Assembly (NCBI RefSeq): GCF_028641065.1
Contig: NC_073392.1
Location: 14,012,001-14,076,000 of the forward strand
DNA: 64,000 bases
Direction of reading: 5' to 3'
Source: Leucoraja erinacea
Lineage: Eukaryota
The translations under genes and the position numbers were made by a program. Below, in pieces: positions 13,272 through 26,419 of this stretch; positions within the stretch are counted from its first letter, which is position 1, and each line of letters begins with the position of its first letter. The notes under the pieces are model-generated. The model was not told the origin of the DNA and searched no databases. It worked only from the letters and a program-made list of their open reading frames with translations.

Positions 13272-13579
13272 CTGCAAAAATATACACAGAGAAAAGGTTA
13301 GCGGTTTATGAACAAACTATGGCATGGTCTCACCTGTAAAAAGCTCATTTCAGAGCAAACCAAGCCTCAACATCAAAGCTTCACATTTAAAACAATGCAA
13401 GGAACGAATGGATTTTATTAGCCATTTGCAAATCTTGAAAAATAAAGATAATATCCTGGAGAGATCAGGACTATTGGCATTTTGAAAACGCAGCAAACAA
13501 ATTAGATAGCTAACAGGAATAAATGAATGGTTCAAATATACAAGGACTGGAATAAATTCAGCTAACACAACCATAAACT

Positions 13580-13857
13580 TTTAGTTTAATTTGTAGTTTG
13601 TCGTTTAGCGATACCGAGCGGAAACAGGCCCATTACCCAACCGAGTCTGCACAACCAGCGATCCTCACACATTACATTTATACCAAGCCAATTAACCTAC
13701 GAACCTGTAGGTCTTTGGAGTGGGGGAGGAAACCCAAGATCTCGGAGAAAACCCATGCAGGTCAGGGGGAGAGCTCCGTACAAACAAGCACCCTTAGTCA
13801 GGATTGAACGCAGATCTCTGGCGCTGTAAAGCAGCAATTCTACCACTAGGCCACCAT
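13580..13857 (-). mobile_element. tRNA-derived SINE (HE1/V-SINE-like)
   Basis: Reverse complement of the tRNA-like head (GGTAGAATTGCTGC...CAGAGA..CG.GTTCAATCC), V-SINE core and (CTAAA)n tail. Confidence 0.8.
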
Positions 13858-14118
13858 GTAACACTGTGCTCACTCTAGATTGCTCTCGTTTGTCAAGCTC
13901 AATTCAGGGAGGTGATGACATAAGTAAGATATTTCTCTAAAAATAATTTGCTTTAGTTTAATGTCTTAAATTTTGTCTTTTTAATTTACTTTCTTGATAT
14001 TTTAAATGATTGCAAGATGTCTACACACATTTTCCAGCAATATTCAAGTAGTTTCCTGAGAATTTAGGTGGTACAGAAATATAATGATGAACAAAGTTTA
14101 TCTAAGGGTTAGCTTAAT

Positions 14119-14324
14119 GTGTAGGAAGGAACTGCAGATGCTTGTTTATGATGAAGATAGAAACAAAATGCTGGAGTAACTCAGCGGGTCAGGCAGCTTC
14201 TCTGGAGAAAAGGAATAGATGATGTTTCGGGATGTAACCCTTCAGTCTGAAGAAAGGTCTTGACGGGAAACGTCAACTATTATTTTTCTCTGGAGATGCG
14301 GCCTGACCTGTTGAGTTACTCCAG
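14119..14324. repeat. Penelope-derived palindromic repeat with hammerhead-like core
   Basis: GAAGGAACTGCAGATGC...GAGTAACTCAGCGGGTCAGGCAGC arm, central CTGAAGA...GAAACGTC, then the inverted arm. Confidence 0.75.
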
Positions 14325-14822
14325 TGATTAGCTTCATGTCTTTTGTCCATAAGAGTGGAGTTTTGTGATGATGAGTGACACAAAAGATAAACACAGACTT
14401 TTCAACAGCTGAGACTTTAAAGGACAGATTAATTACTTAATGTTGAATGTTACAGCACAATATTTTTATGATGCAAGAAAACTGCCTTGTTTCTGGAAAC
14501 GTATCAGTGAATCAAAATAAAAATTGGAAATTAAGTCAGACTAATTCTAGATGTTGAAATAACTGTGATGTTGTATTTGAACAGGATCCAGCTGGTGCAG
14601 AGAAATTGCAATATTTGGAAACTACGGTAATGTTTGTGCTGATCTCGATCCTGCCAGATTAATTTTACATATCCCATTACTTGATGTAAACCATTGCTCA
14701 ATGTTTAATGGTGCTAACAACATAGATGTTGTTAACAGCAAGCAGTTACTGATCATGCATCTCGGGTCTCACTTCATCTTTGATGATTCTGGCAAATGGG
14801 AGTTAATTACACTTCACTCCAT

Positions 14823-14985
14823 GTGCAGGCAAGAACTGCAGATGCTGGTTTGAATCAAAGGTAGACACAAAATGCTGGAGTAACTGATCGTCAGTCTGAA
14901 GAAGGATCTCGACCCGAAAACGTCACCCATTCCTTCTCTTCAGAGATGTTGCCTGTCCCGCCGAGTTACTCCAGCATTTTGTATC
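14823..14985. repeat. Penelope-derived palindromic repeat (internally deleted)
   Basis: Same family; contains CTGAAGAAGGATCTCGACCCGAAAACGTCACCC. Confidence 0.7.
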
Positions 14986-15097
14986 ACACTTCACTCTATG
15001 TTGTACACGAGTGTACTATGATGGTTTATTTGGCTCAGTAACTATCGGTATAACTTGCATTGGTTTTCTGTAAAGGACAAAATACCGCAGAAGCGGG

Positions 15098-15400
15098 AAA
15101 TCTATCTTCTATACATAACTAAAACTCTGATCTTGTGCTCTTCCGGTTTGCGTGGTTTTTCTATCTGCGCAGAAATGGTACGTGATAGCGCTACCATTTT
15201 TCGCCAGTTCACTCACCGTTCTCCTGTGCTCCCCCTGTCCACACACCCTTCCCCCCCCCCCAACCGCCATGCCCACACATCCCTCCTACCCGCCCACTAC
15301 CCCCCCCCTCCCTCGCCCTCACATCACTCCCCCCACAAACTGCTCTGCTCTGCCCCCCCCCCCCCCCCCCCACCCACACCCACAAGATGCTTCCAATAAG
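15098..15400 (+). mobile_element. Probable non-autonomous Helitron 5' fragment
   Basis: Starts A|TCTATCTTCTATACATAACTAAAACTC, typical of Helitron 5' termini, followed by a CpG-rich, C-rich body. No 3' CTAG/hairpin seen. Confidence 0.45.
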
Positions 15401-15574
15401 GTAAAGAAACCCAACTGGATCAAAAGGTCTTTGGCCCAGAAAATCGCATGAATCCATTCTTTGTACGTGTTGGGTCTTACCCCTGGTGTGACTGAAGATT
15501 ATATAGAATGCAATAGGATGAAAGGTCCTACAGGTGGAAACGTGGACGGCAGTGGAGACAAAATGATGTAGATT

Positions 15575-16150
15575 GCGGTGCTGCTGCCTCACAGTTCCAG
15601 AGACCCAAGTTCAATTCTGACCTCTTGCTGAATTTAACTGTCTGTATAACCTGTTATTGCCTACTCCACATACAACAATGGACCATTGTTGGCTCCACCT
15701 TTCCTTGATCATCATTGCTTTTTGCAGATCCTTGTCCTATGTACCTTCTATATCTCACACTTCCCTTTCCCCCTGACTCTCAGTCTGAAGAAGGGTCTCG
15801 ATCCGAAACATCACCTATTGCTTTTCTCCTGAGATGCTGCCTGACCCGCTGAGTTACTCCAGCTTTTTGTGTCTATCTGACATCCGATGTGATCTGTTTG
15901 CTCTCTGATCTTGTGGATTTCCTCTGGATGTTCTGGTTTCCTCCCACAGCCCAAAGACTTGGGAGTTGTTGTGTTATCTGACCAATGGTGTGTAGCTGAG
16001 TGATAGAATCTGGTGGATAGTTGATGGAAATGTGGGACGAATTAAAATCAATGTGATTAAAGATTAATATAGGATTTGTGTATATGGGTGGTTAATGTTT
16101 GGTGCAGATTCCATGAGTTGAAGAGCATGTTTTTGTGCTGAATTTCTCCA
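15575..16150 (+). mobile_element. HE1-like SINE interrupted by a Penelope-type fragment (~15630-15878)
   Basis: SINE head GCTGCCTCACAGTTCCAGAGACCCAAGTTCAATTCTGAC resumes after ~15878. The insert contains CTGAAGAAGGGTCTCGATCCGAAACATCACC. Confidence 0.65.
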
Positions 16151-16507
16151 TGGCTTTTTGACTCTCATTCTCATAATAAAAATTGCTTGAGGTAAGTTTC
16201 CTTAAGATGTTTTGAATATCCATTAACTTTTGGGTGTGGAAGTTATGATAGGGGGAACTTAAAAACTATGGTTCATAAAGAAACAATGGAAGTCTTGAGA
16301 AATTTTGGAGGAACGGTAAAGCTTTATTTTCTGCGCTCATTTGTTTCATTCTCTTCATGCAGCGAGGATTGTTCCATTTCCGCTTCCTCCAAAACTCATA
16401 ATTTCCTGATAATTTCCAGCCGGTTCCCATTACCATCTTCACATCCAGAAACCACTGCTGGTATCAGGGACACAACATAAATAAATCATCCAGGAGATGC
16501 AGGTAGA

Positions 16508-16770
16508 GTTTTAGTTTAGTTTAGCAATACAGCGTGGAAATAGGCCATTCGGCCCATCGAGGCGCACCGACCAGTGACCCCGGACATTAACGCTTCCCTA
16601 CACATAATAGGGACAACTTCACATTTATACCAAGCCAATTAACCTGTACAAATCTGTACGTCTTTGGCATGTGGGTGGGAACCGAAGATCTCGAAGAAAA
16701 CCCACGCAGGTCACGGGAAGAACGTACAAACTCAGTACAGACAGTACCCGTTGTCAGGTTCGAACCCGGA
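16508..16770 (-). mobile_element. HE1-like SINE
   Basis: (TTTAG)n tail and SINE core as in the other copies. Confidence 0.8.
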
Positions 16771-17919
16771 TTGAATCAGAATCACTCCCTACTAACAGGT
16801 GGGAGTGGATATCATGAGGCAGCAAGTGTGGAACTTCAGGGCTCTTATTATCAGTTTGACAGCATTGCTTGCAGTTGGATAGACCTCGTTAAATGCACGG
16901 TCATTATCCGTCTTGGGTGGTTGCAATGGAATCATCAGTGAATGGATGGTTCTGGTCACCAATTAACCTTCCTGATATTTAGCCTTCAGCTGTGCAGTCT
17001 GCACTTGCCAACGATAAAAGAGACAGAGCAATGTGTGAGTGTCCACAAGTGACAAGCTAGATCAGATGATCAGCACAGCACACCAGCTATAAATTTGACG
17101 GAATGTCACCATTTTTACACAAGGGGATGTTCATTGGGAATGATGAGGGACATGGTGGTCCACTGGTTATTTCCTTCAATTAGAGGGAGTCAACCAACCA
17201 ACTCTTTCATTTATTCTTATTATTTATTTCCCTCAATCTCCTGGAATAGAATGAATTGTGAATTCCTCTGAAATATAAGAAAGTAGGAGCAAGAGCTGAC
17301 CACTTAAGCCTTGTCTCCTATTCAATGTGGTTATAGTTAATCTACATCTGGCCCCATCTCCTTTTCTGGGCCAGTTCCCAATCGCCTTTAATTCCCTAAT
17401 CTTCCAAAAAATCTCATTAAATACCCTCAATGGTTTAACCTTCACCATCCTTTGAAGTATTCCAGAGATTCTGTGAGTAAACCATTTCAGTTTCAAACAA
17501 ACAGCCCCGTAACAAGTCATTGGGTGTTTTAAAAATATTTTTAAGGCAGAGATTGACATATACTTGGTAGATAAGGGTGTCAAGGATTATGGGGAGAAGG
17601 ATGGTGCTGGTGGACAGGTAATCACTGGTCGGCATGGACTCGGTGGGTCGAAGGGCCTGTTTCTATGCTATATCTCTAAAGTATAAAGTTGGTCATCGAA
17701 ACAGGAAAATAAACCATGTGAGTGGTGGAATGACATAATGTTTTTTCCAAGCTAAATATTTCCCAATAGATCTCACTAGATTTCATTTTTTTTAAATAAA
17801 TCTGCCATTAGGTCTCCTAAAAATGCAATTTGCTCTTTATTTCGGCATGATTGTTCTCCGTGATATCCACTGCATTTCTGCATCCCAACTGAACACCTTT
17901 GCTGGGGAACAGAAATGGT

Positions 17920-19030
17920 AAAACGACAATAGATTCCCTGGTCTCCATTGCCATTACTCTGAGATCTAACCAGACACGTTGGATCAAAAGGGAAATTCGC
18001 TCTCTGCTGAAGTCTGGATCCGAGGCTTTCAAAAAGGAAGACTTCGGACTGTACAAGAAGGCTGAGTATGATCTCTGTAAGGTTATCAGAATAGCAAGAA
18101 AATATTCTAGAATAAGCTAAAGACTCAATTCTCACAAGTGGATGCCAGATACGAGTGGCAAGTCCTGATTACCATGATGGGCTATAAGCCAAAATCACGT
18201 GCCATCTCTGGCAATTACGCATCTCCAATAGAAGAAGTTAATGCCTTTTACATTCACTTTGAACAGGCAAATAAAATTCCAACAATGACCCTTAGCACTG
18301 TTGCCCCTCAAGGTTGTGTGCTCAATCGCACACTCTATTCCCTGTACACCCATGATTGTGTAACATGCAAGTACCGTACCAACTCGATCGTTAAGTTTGC
18401 CGATGATACCACGGTTATCAGCTAGATCAAGGAAAAATTATGTGGGCAGCACAGTGATGCAGCGGTTGAGTTGCTACCTTACACCACCAGAGACCCAGGT
18501 TCAATTCTGACTACGGGTGCTGTTTGTACAAAGTTTGTACATTCTCCCTGTGACCACGTGGGTTTTCTCTGGGTGCTCTGGTTTCCTCCCACATTCCAAA
18601 GCCGTGCAGGTTTGGAGGTCAATTGGCTTCTGTAAATTGACCTGATTGTGTTGGATAGAACTAGTGTACTGATTGATCACTGGTCAGCACGGACTTGGTG
18701 GGCCGAAGAGCCTGTTTCCACATTGTATCTCAGAACTAAACCAGGAAGGAGTATGGGAAAGAGATCATGAGCTTTGTGTTTTGTTGTCAGAACAATCTAG
18801 TTCTTAATTTCACCATTATGAAAGCTGCTTGTTGACCTGAGGAAGCGGAGTGCGGGGAACACGACACTGTCCTTATCCATGGAGCTGTCCTTATCCATAG
18901 TCGACAGCTTCACGTTCCCAGGCATCCATATCACCAGCAACCAAACATAATCGCATCACAATGATGTGGTGATCAAGGAAGCGCATCTGCATATTTATTT
19001 TCTTTGGCATCTGAGAAGATTCGCTATGTA
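17920..19030 (+). mobile_element. Rex1/Babar-type LINE fragments, interrupted by a HE1 SINE (18444-18742)
   Basis: LLKSGSEAFKKEDFGLYKKAEYDLCKVIRIA, APQGCVL…LYSLYTHDC…SIVKFADDTTVI. Confidence 0.8.
18444..18742 (+). mobile_element. HE1-like SINE, full length
   Basis: tRNA-like A/B-box head GCAGCGGTTGAGTTGCT…GGTTCAATTC, core and tail. Confidence 0.85.
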
Positions 19031-19509
19031 CTGCCCTTTGTAGACTCATTGCATTTTTGACATGTACAGCAGGGTGAGAGTTACAGTTGGTCTCCAGACT
19101 GTGGGTTTGGTACCAGCATTAGAGGTCTTGTCTTCAAACACTCTTTTTCTGAAGGCTGGTGCACTGGAATTTATACCATTGCATCGCTGTGCTTTGAGCT
19201 GCTTGTCTGCAGCCCTGTCTCAGCTGATCACTTGCTGAAACCTTCAATTATGCCTTTGAGATCTGTCTACTCCAAGGCTGTCCTGGCCAACCTCCAATCA
19301 TCCCCACTGCCTAAAGTGCTTATCCAAAAATCTGTCACCTCTGGAGACTTTTCACCCATCATACCTGTTCTGTGACTCCCTGTCTTCAAAACATCACTTT
19401 TAAAGTTATTTTCTTGCTAAAGGTCCTCGTTGGCCTCAATTGCAACCACCAACCCTTGCAATACAATGCATTCCAGGTATGCAAGCTTTCTAGACCTATG
19501 TGCTCCTGA

Positions 19510-19885
19510 TGGGCCTGTCCCACTTAGGTGATTTTTCAGTGGACTGCCTGAAAAACGGGAACTGGAACGGCGACTGCCAGAGTGGAACCCACACACAAAC
19601 ACATTGCAAAGGCAGGGGCCAGGGCAAGCGGGGGGAGTGCTGTCTGAAATTCACACGGTGCGAAGCCAAGGTGATACAGGCACACGCCGCGATGAACAGG
19701 TAGGTTGGCGCTGTAATTAAGATGGCTAACACAGTGTACGGTAAATCCTTTAAAAGAGAGGGGGTGGGGGAAGGAGAAGGGAGAAGGGGGGAGCAGGAGT
19801 GGTGACAACTTTTAAGAAGATAGACAACTCTTAATAAGCCAGAGATACACAGCTGTGAAGTTCAGCGGACATTTAACATTCGGTC
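19510..19885 (-). mobile_element. PIF/Harbinger-type MITE, half copy (reverse complement of ~44478-44856)
   Basis: TIR GGGCCTGTCCCACTTAGG; the body matches the right half of the 44135-44856 element in inverted orientation. Confidence 0.75.
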
Positions 19886-19889
19886 TTGG

Positions 19890-20180
19890 TGTCTTTGTGG
19901 ACATTTTTGAAGCATTTTCACTTCCTCGTCACTTGATCCACTCCATGCCCTTGCTGCGGCAGAGTTCATAATAGAGCGCTCACTGCAGGAGTCCAGTGGA
20001 CAATGTGGCTGAGCACCAGGCTGGTTGGGCTGGTTAAGCTGCATCTGAGCATTGAAGCTAGTCCAGGAAACAATGGTACATCGATCCAGCCAGCAGATGT
20101 GGAGGATCTTGTAGAAGTGGTGTTTTTTTGTGCGTTGAGGTGTCTCTTGTAGGCTGAGCACAATTTCTACCTGTATAGCT
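19890..20180 (-). mobile_element. RTE(BovB)-type LINE fragment, decayed
   Basis: KILHICWLDRCT…(SIEAQ..LNQ)…HIV resembles the RTE motif LRKILxIxWxDRxTNxxVL…QLRWAGHIVRM. Confidence 0.55.
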
Positions 20181-20289
20181 GAATCAGAATTACTGCTGGT
20201 CAATAGTAAGTTTGGTACCTGGGTTAGAGGTCTGGATCTTCAAGTCCTTTTTTCCATGTGCTGATCAAGGCTGGTGAATCATTCCATCG

Positions 20290-20530
20290 CTGTGTTTTGA
20301 GCTGCTTTGATCCAAAGCTCTGGGAGCACCTCCTCAAAGCTCTCTGCCTTTCCCTCTCATCCTTTAAGAAGCTCTTTAAAATCTGCCTCATTGACCAGGC
20401 TTTTGGTAATCTGTTCAGATTCTTTATTTTACGGTTCAATGTGTAATTTCTGTTTGATAATTCTCCTGTTAAGCATCTTGGGACCACACGGTATGGCCTG
20501 CACTATATAATAGCAAGCTGTTGTTGTATA
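20290..20530 (+). mobile_element. L2-type LINE/SINE 3' end
   Basis: TTTAAGAAGCTCTTTAAAATCTGCCTCATTGACCAGGCTTTTGG … CTATATAATAGCAAGCTGTTGTTGT tail. Confidence 0.55.
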
Positions 20531-22174
20531 GCACAATTTGCAGAATGTCAAGACCTAACTCATTACATATTTAATACAGAAAGGAGAAACCAAGGTTAAT
20601 CTACAGTTAATATACTCTGAAGCCTTTTGAAAAAAAAACTAGCTTTAGAATGAGATCATTTTAAAATTCATTTAAATTGGCAGAACTGCTTTTTTTTCTT
20701 GTGAAAAAAATCCGAACTTATATTGTGATCAAATGGATTGTATTCCCAGGTTAGTTATTTCTTAAGACACATTTTGATACTATTCTGCAGTTCTGGTGCT
20801 TAGAATAATCTTGTACAATTGAATGGACTACTAGGGCATGAAACAAAGAAACTCCTCACGGAATGTTATGCAAAGAATCTTTTTTCTTAGATTTATTCAC
20901 ACCTTTTTATGCTTCAAATTCTATAACTTGCAATTCACTGTAGTACCCCTTTTACATTGATAATCAGCTGATTATCAACATAAACATGTGCATTGTGAAT
21001 TTAGCAGCATTTTCAGTGATATAAATGCAATATTATCCAAACCATTTCAACAAGAATTGTCAACCATTGAGCAATGCAATGGAAAACTGGCTTATTACAG
21101 CAACCCCGCATTTTCTTTGCTATTATCCCACATCAGTAGAATCAACCACATTTTTGCAAACTGAATTTTAGTTTTGATTCCACAGACTAATATGATAAAG
21201 TACAACGTAATGGATCTAATATATGCTTTTATGAAATGCTAGGCAATATTGCCCTCAAGAGATCTATCTTCTATGCTAAATTAATACCTGGTACATTTTC
21301 TACCCTATTTATCACAGCCAATCTTTTCCCACTCCATCTGTCAGTGCATCTGTGATCAGGCAGGGCAGTGAGCACATCTCCATAGATCTTATGCAGGACA
21401 AGCAACATTTCTGCACCTTATTTTGTAACATGCTGCTGTTCAAACAGAAGTTTTATTTATTTTTGGCAATTTACTCGTTTGAGATAAATAGTTTCAATGC
21501 ACAGTTTCTACCATTTAAGTTGAATTTGGCAGATTGAGTCTTCAGGGGGAACTAAAAGCGGCAGAGGTAACATGAGCTTTTGATGAGTTCAAGTTGGCCT
21601 AATCATACCCACATCTTGCCAGGGAACCTTCAAGAAACTACTGGTGGCATGATCCTTCCAATGCACAAGTTCTTATGTAGCCTCTGCAGGTGCACATTGC
21701 AAGCTGGGGACATGGATGAGCTGGACGTAAGAGACTGGCTTATCTGACCTCAAATCACATCGCTGAACCCACCCATGAGTCCAGTGAGACAGCTCCGATC
21801 ATGCAAGCTTTGGGACTGGATGTACAGGCCATCAAGCCCTTCAGCTTTTCAGCAACTGCAAACACAACTCCATTCATTCGAACACAAAGTGCTGGAGGAA
21901 CTCAACAGGGTCAGGCCGCTTCTCTGAATCATGTATAGGCAACGTTTCAGGTGGGGACCCACCTTCAAGCAGAAAGATCCCATCCTGAAATGTCGCCTAT
22001 TCAGAGATGCTGCCTGATTTATTGAGTTTTACTCCAGATCCCTGTTCCTTGTGTCCCCAATCACTTTAACTAACAACAGGTTTAAAAGTAAATGCAGGTG
22101 AATGGTTTATATATTTATCTCCATTTCACTTTATCTCAACATTTTCAATTATTTCATAGTAAACTTTATGTGTA

Positions 22175-22897
22175 TCATAATCATACTTTATTAGCCATGT
22201 GTGTTTTGCAACATTGGAGGAATTTCATTTGCCTTTCTGTCATATCAATAAAAAGCAACAGAACACACAAAATACATTTTAACATAAACATCCACTACAG
22301 TGACTCCTCCACATTCCGCACTGTGATGGAAGGCGAAAAAAAGTTCAATCTCTTCCCTTCTTTGTTCTCCCGCGGTCGTTGACGGGGCGATCTTGGCTCT
22401 CGTAGCCGGCGGTCGGGCCCTTTGCATCGAGGCGATCAAGCTCCTGCATGGAGAGGGAATCTCAGCTCCACCGCGCCGAATCGGGGCTGGTCAAAACCTT
22501 CCACGTCATTTGGAGCATCCAGACATCGGTCTCTGCTCGAGACTGCGAGTTACTTGATGGTGAAAGCCGCAGGCCGCGGTTGGAGCATTGCTCCCAGGCA
22601 AGCGATCGGCTTCGATGGTAAGCCCACGTCCCCGCGGTGTGGCTCAGTCAGTCCCGAGCAAGGCCGCAAGCTCCATGATGGGGTTAGGCTGCAGAGTTAC
22701 TGGAGAAACGATCCGGAAAACAATCGATCTCGGGCAAGGTAAGAGATTGAAAAAAAAGTTTCACCGACACCCCCCCCCAACTCCCACATAAAACAAACCA
22801 GAGAACATTGACACATACTTTTAAAACACACTAAAAATAAAAATAAAAATACAGACAGACTGTTGGCGAGGCTGCCATCATGCGGCGCCCCCTAGGT
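22175..22897 (-). mobile_element. Non-autonomous retroposon: GC-rich head plus Rex1-like LINE 3' tail
   Basis: On the - strand it begins GGGGGCGCCGCATGATGGCAGCC, has a CpG-rich non-coding body, and ends AATAAAGTATGATTATGA. Same architecture as 56455-57360. Confidence 0.55.
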
Positions 22898-23090
22898 GTT
22901 AGATATATAATATAAATATTATTTGAGGCTTTCTGTAGTTTAAAAATATCCCTGATTGTCAGAGCCATTTAAAACAATTTAAAAGCGTTTGACAGCTGCA
23001 CAATCTTCATTTGGCATCAGGATGTTTCTGAAGTGGGACCCAATTGCCACCTCACAAAGGACACTTAGATACAGTCAGGTTGGTTGGCTC

Positions 23091-23515
23091 GACATATCCA
23101 ATTATTTCTTCCTACTTTTATAACCCAGTCGTTTCCCAAGGCAGAGACAAGGTTTTTTTTCATGCTGGCTCTACCGAGGACATTACATTTTCTAACATTA
23201 AGGAAATTAGCCTCCTCAGTCTACACACCAATTCAAAAGGCACGCAGGGATAGATTCGACTCTGATGGCACTTAATAAACTGAGCACTTCAAGCACGGCT
23301 TTATTTTGGCAGCAGTTTGCATTGCATCAGACCAGATGCATCAAAGAGAGGAAAATCATATGGGGAGCATCCTGTGGCATCAAAATAGTTTAATTACAAT
23401 TTCTTACATGGAGATCAAATCCTGATGACGTGTGTACATTCAGAAGATCCAGCATGGCAAGCAAATGAATGATAAAATATGTTGTACAGTCACCGCATAA
23501 ATGGACATTATTTAG
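23091..23515. repeat. Diverged non-coding duplicate, copy A (paralogue at 29034-29452)
   Basis: Colinear shared blocks: AATTATTTCTT, AATTAGCCTCCTCA, TCAAAAGGCA, ACTTCAAGCAC, AGATGCATCAAAGAGA, ATATGGGGAG, CTGTGGCATCA, ATAGTTTAAT. Confidence 0.85.
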
Positions 23516-23558
23516 TTACCACTGGCCTTACAAAGCAATAAATAGTTGTTTTACTGTG

Positions 23559-23662
23559 GAGAGAGAGAGAGAGAGAGAGAGAGGAAGAGAGAGAGAGGGA
23601 GAGGGAGAGGGGGAGAGAGGGGGAGAGAGGGGGTTAGGGAGAGGGAGAGGGAGGAAGGAGGG
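23559..23662 (+). repeat. (GA)n / polypurine microsatellite
   Basis: Direct reading. Confidence 0.95.
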
Positions 23663-26419
23663 GACCACAGATTTTACAAGAGGCTGCAGAGGTTCAGGCA
23701 GTTCAGAAAAAGTATCTGGAGCAATAGCTGGGCAGAAGACAGTGGATGGCACATTGGTTTACAGTGTTTCCTCTGCCTCATAGTTCCAGTGAACTAGGTT
23801 TGATCCTGATCAATAGTGTAGTGTGCACATTCTTCCTGTGAATATGCATGTTTACCCCAGGCATTTCAGTTTCCTCCAACATCCCAAAGTCGTTTTGTCT
23901 CTTGTGTTAATTATGCAATATATATGGCCTCCAGTCTAGGTGGGTGTAGAGTTGAGGGGAGTAGATGGGCACATGAGACAGCATAAGTTTCAGGGCTAGT
24001 GTGAGGCAGAGTGGGTGAAATGTTTGGAGAGTGAGACAGATCCAGTCCAGTCTGCGTGTGCCTCGACTGTAACAAAGGGAATTTTATATTAAAAGCAAGC
24101 ATTTTTTTTAATGTCAGCATTTCCAATTAAATGGTAGTTTAATGCACACCTCAGTATGGCATTTCATCACACGAAAAACCCATTGGTAAAATATATATTC
24201 AAACACTGTATTATTCAAAACAATCATCAAAAATACAGAGAGCTCTGATGGTTCTTTTGCGATCTGAAAGTATTCATGTGGCACACTCTCACAAATGTAT
24301 CACAAACCTTTAAATCTTAGAAAGCTTCTGAAACATGAATCGTCCTTATTATGTCCTCTAAAGTTCTTTTTAACAAGATTTTTCAAGAGTTATTATAAAC
24401 AAAAAAGTCATTGGCGCCATGCCACCTGTTATCTGCCTTTGAAACCACTTTGAACTGAGAAACTGTGAGCATCTTTGGTTCCTTTATATATAGGGATGCC
24501 ACTGCATAAATTGGCTCAAATCATCATTTTACATCTCTCAGTCAGCCCTCTTAACAAACCCACAATTCCAATGCCTTTTGTGTTTTGCTTCAATGACTTT
24601 CCCTGCAATTCAGTCACCTGCCATACGTAAAAAGGAAGGACCCTTGTTATTTTGCTTTTTAAAATGTTGTTGGATAAACAGCATCCCACCACCACCTTCT
24701 GCTTCCCACCATGAAGCCAGTTTTGTATCCGGTTAGCTAGCTCTTCCTGGATCCCATTCCCTCGACTCAAAACTATGCTCTATTTGATTAACATTTGAGT
24801 TAATGTAGTCATTTATATCGGGCAAGACACACTCATTTCCAATGGCAGATTCTTGACCTCAACTGTTTACACTGTTTCTCCCCTCACAGATTCTGCTTAA
24901 CGTTTTGAGCACTGCCAGCTTGTTCTGTGCTCAATTTGGTTGAATGGATTTCCATTTTTTCTGTCTTATATTTTGATATCTGCAAAGCTGACAACCTTGG
25001 TATATCTGCAGACCGAATCCTGTCTGTGTAGAATTTGCACCTTCTCCCTGTGACCCAGTGATTTTCCTCCTCGTGATCTGGTTTCCCCCACATCGTAAAG
25101 ATGTGATGGTTGGCAGGTTAACTGGGCGGTGTCACTTGCCTCTAATGTGTAGGTGAGTGCTAGAATCTGGAGGGACTGTTGAGGTATCTTTCTGTACATT
25201 CCTCTGAATCTATTTAAGGCCATCTTTTTCTGCTTTTAATTCTTTTCAACATAAGGCTCTCAAATATCTTCCTTGCCTCGTTGCTCCAGAGGTTTTGGGC
25301 AGTGTCAAGTAACTTGTGAAAACTGGATGTCCGCTACTGTGTTGTGAATCCTTTGCAGAGTGACATAGCTTTCTACCGTGTTAATGGGATCACAGTGGCT
25401 GGGAAGGGACAGGGAGACAGAGCAAACCTCACTCATTATAGAGCTCCAATTGCCATTGACAACCAGTATGCCAGGCTCCTGGCTTAGTAACCTTCATCCT
25501 CTTAATAACCATCTTAGTAACCATCAGTCCTGACCCCTAACCATGTTCACCAGGGATGCTACCTAACCTGCTGAGTTACCCCAGCACTTCTGTCTTTTTT
25601 TGTAAACAAGCATCTGCAGTTCCTTACTTCCAACTAAGCTATAAATGGTTCTGACATTCAAAATCATACCGAAAGAACAAAACACATGCAATATTAAAAA
25701 AATAAAAAAATGAAATAATGAAGCATCTACAATACTTAAGATGCTCAAACTCCTCAACCAGTGAAAAACTAAATTAACTAATATTAACTGAAGTGCTTGA
25801 TGATTTTCCGTTCATTGAAATCAATGGAGAAGCATTGCTGCCTCTGCCTCTTCCTAAACATGGAACAGATCTTTACAACAAGTTAATTACAAATTGTGTA
25901 AATAAATTTGCTGATATTATGCTCACTCACTATTAGCAAATTATCGTTTAGCAAGTATCTTCTGCTAAATCACAGCATTTGGCAGCCTGCGACGATTTCA
26001 ATTATTGACGAATAATTTACAAAAATGTTTCTCACCATTTTTCCAAATTATTGCATTATTTGTCACTCTGATGCTGTCACCTCTCTTAATTAAATAAATA
26101 TTTGAAGTATTTACATAGTTGCTGTGCCAATTCCTTCCGAAGGTGCAGCTGAAAGTCGATTGCTAATGCTAAATGACAGGAGTCCGTAAAGCCAAGTCAA
26201 ATTTATTATCTTATGCACAAACAGGGTGAGAACAGGTGCAATGAAAAATCTTGTTTGTACCAACATCACAGGGCCATAGACGTAGGCCATATACAGAAGC
26301 AAATTATATATAAAGTATACTTCAATTATATATCAATTATACACACATTTTACAAGAAAAGAATAAAGATTGCAAAAAAAACTGGTGCAAAAATGCACAA
26401 CCTGAAAAATAAGTCCACG

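Noticed and set aside
26036-26085. Minus-strand RGDSIRVTNNAIIWKN followed by GTGAG, superficially like GEG…NMVITWK
   Set aside because: Phase mismatch, poor acceptor and only chance-level similarity.
26116-26149. Minus-strand AG…GT-bounded segment reading AAPSEGIGTAT, as a candidate preceding L1-family exon
   Set aside because: It is 34 nt with the wrong end phase for the phase-0 acceptor at 13271, and lacks the conserved NP and W residues.
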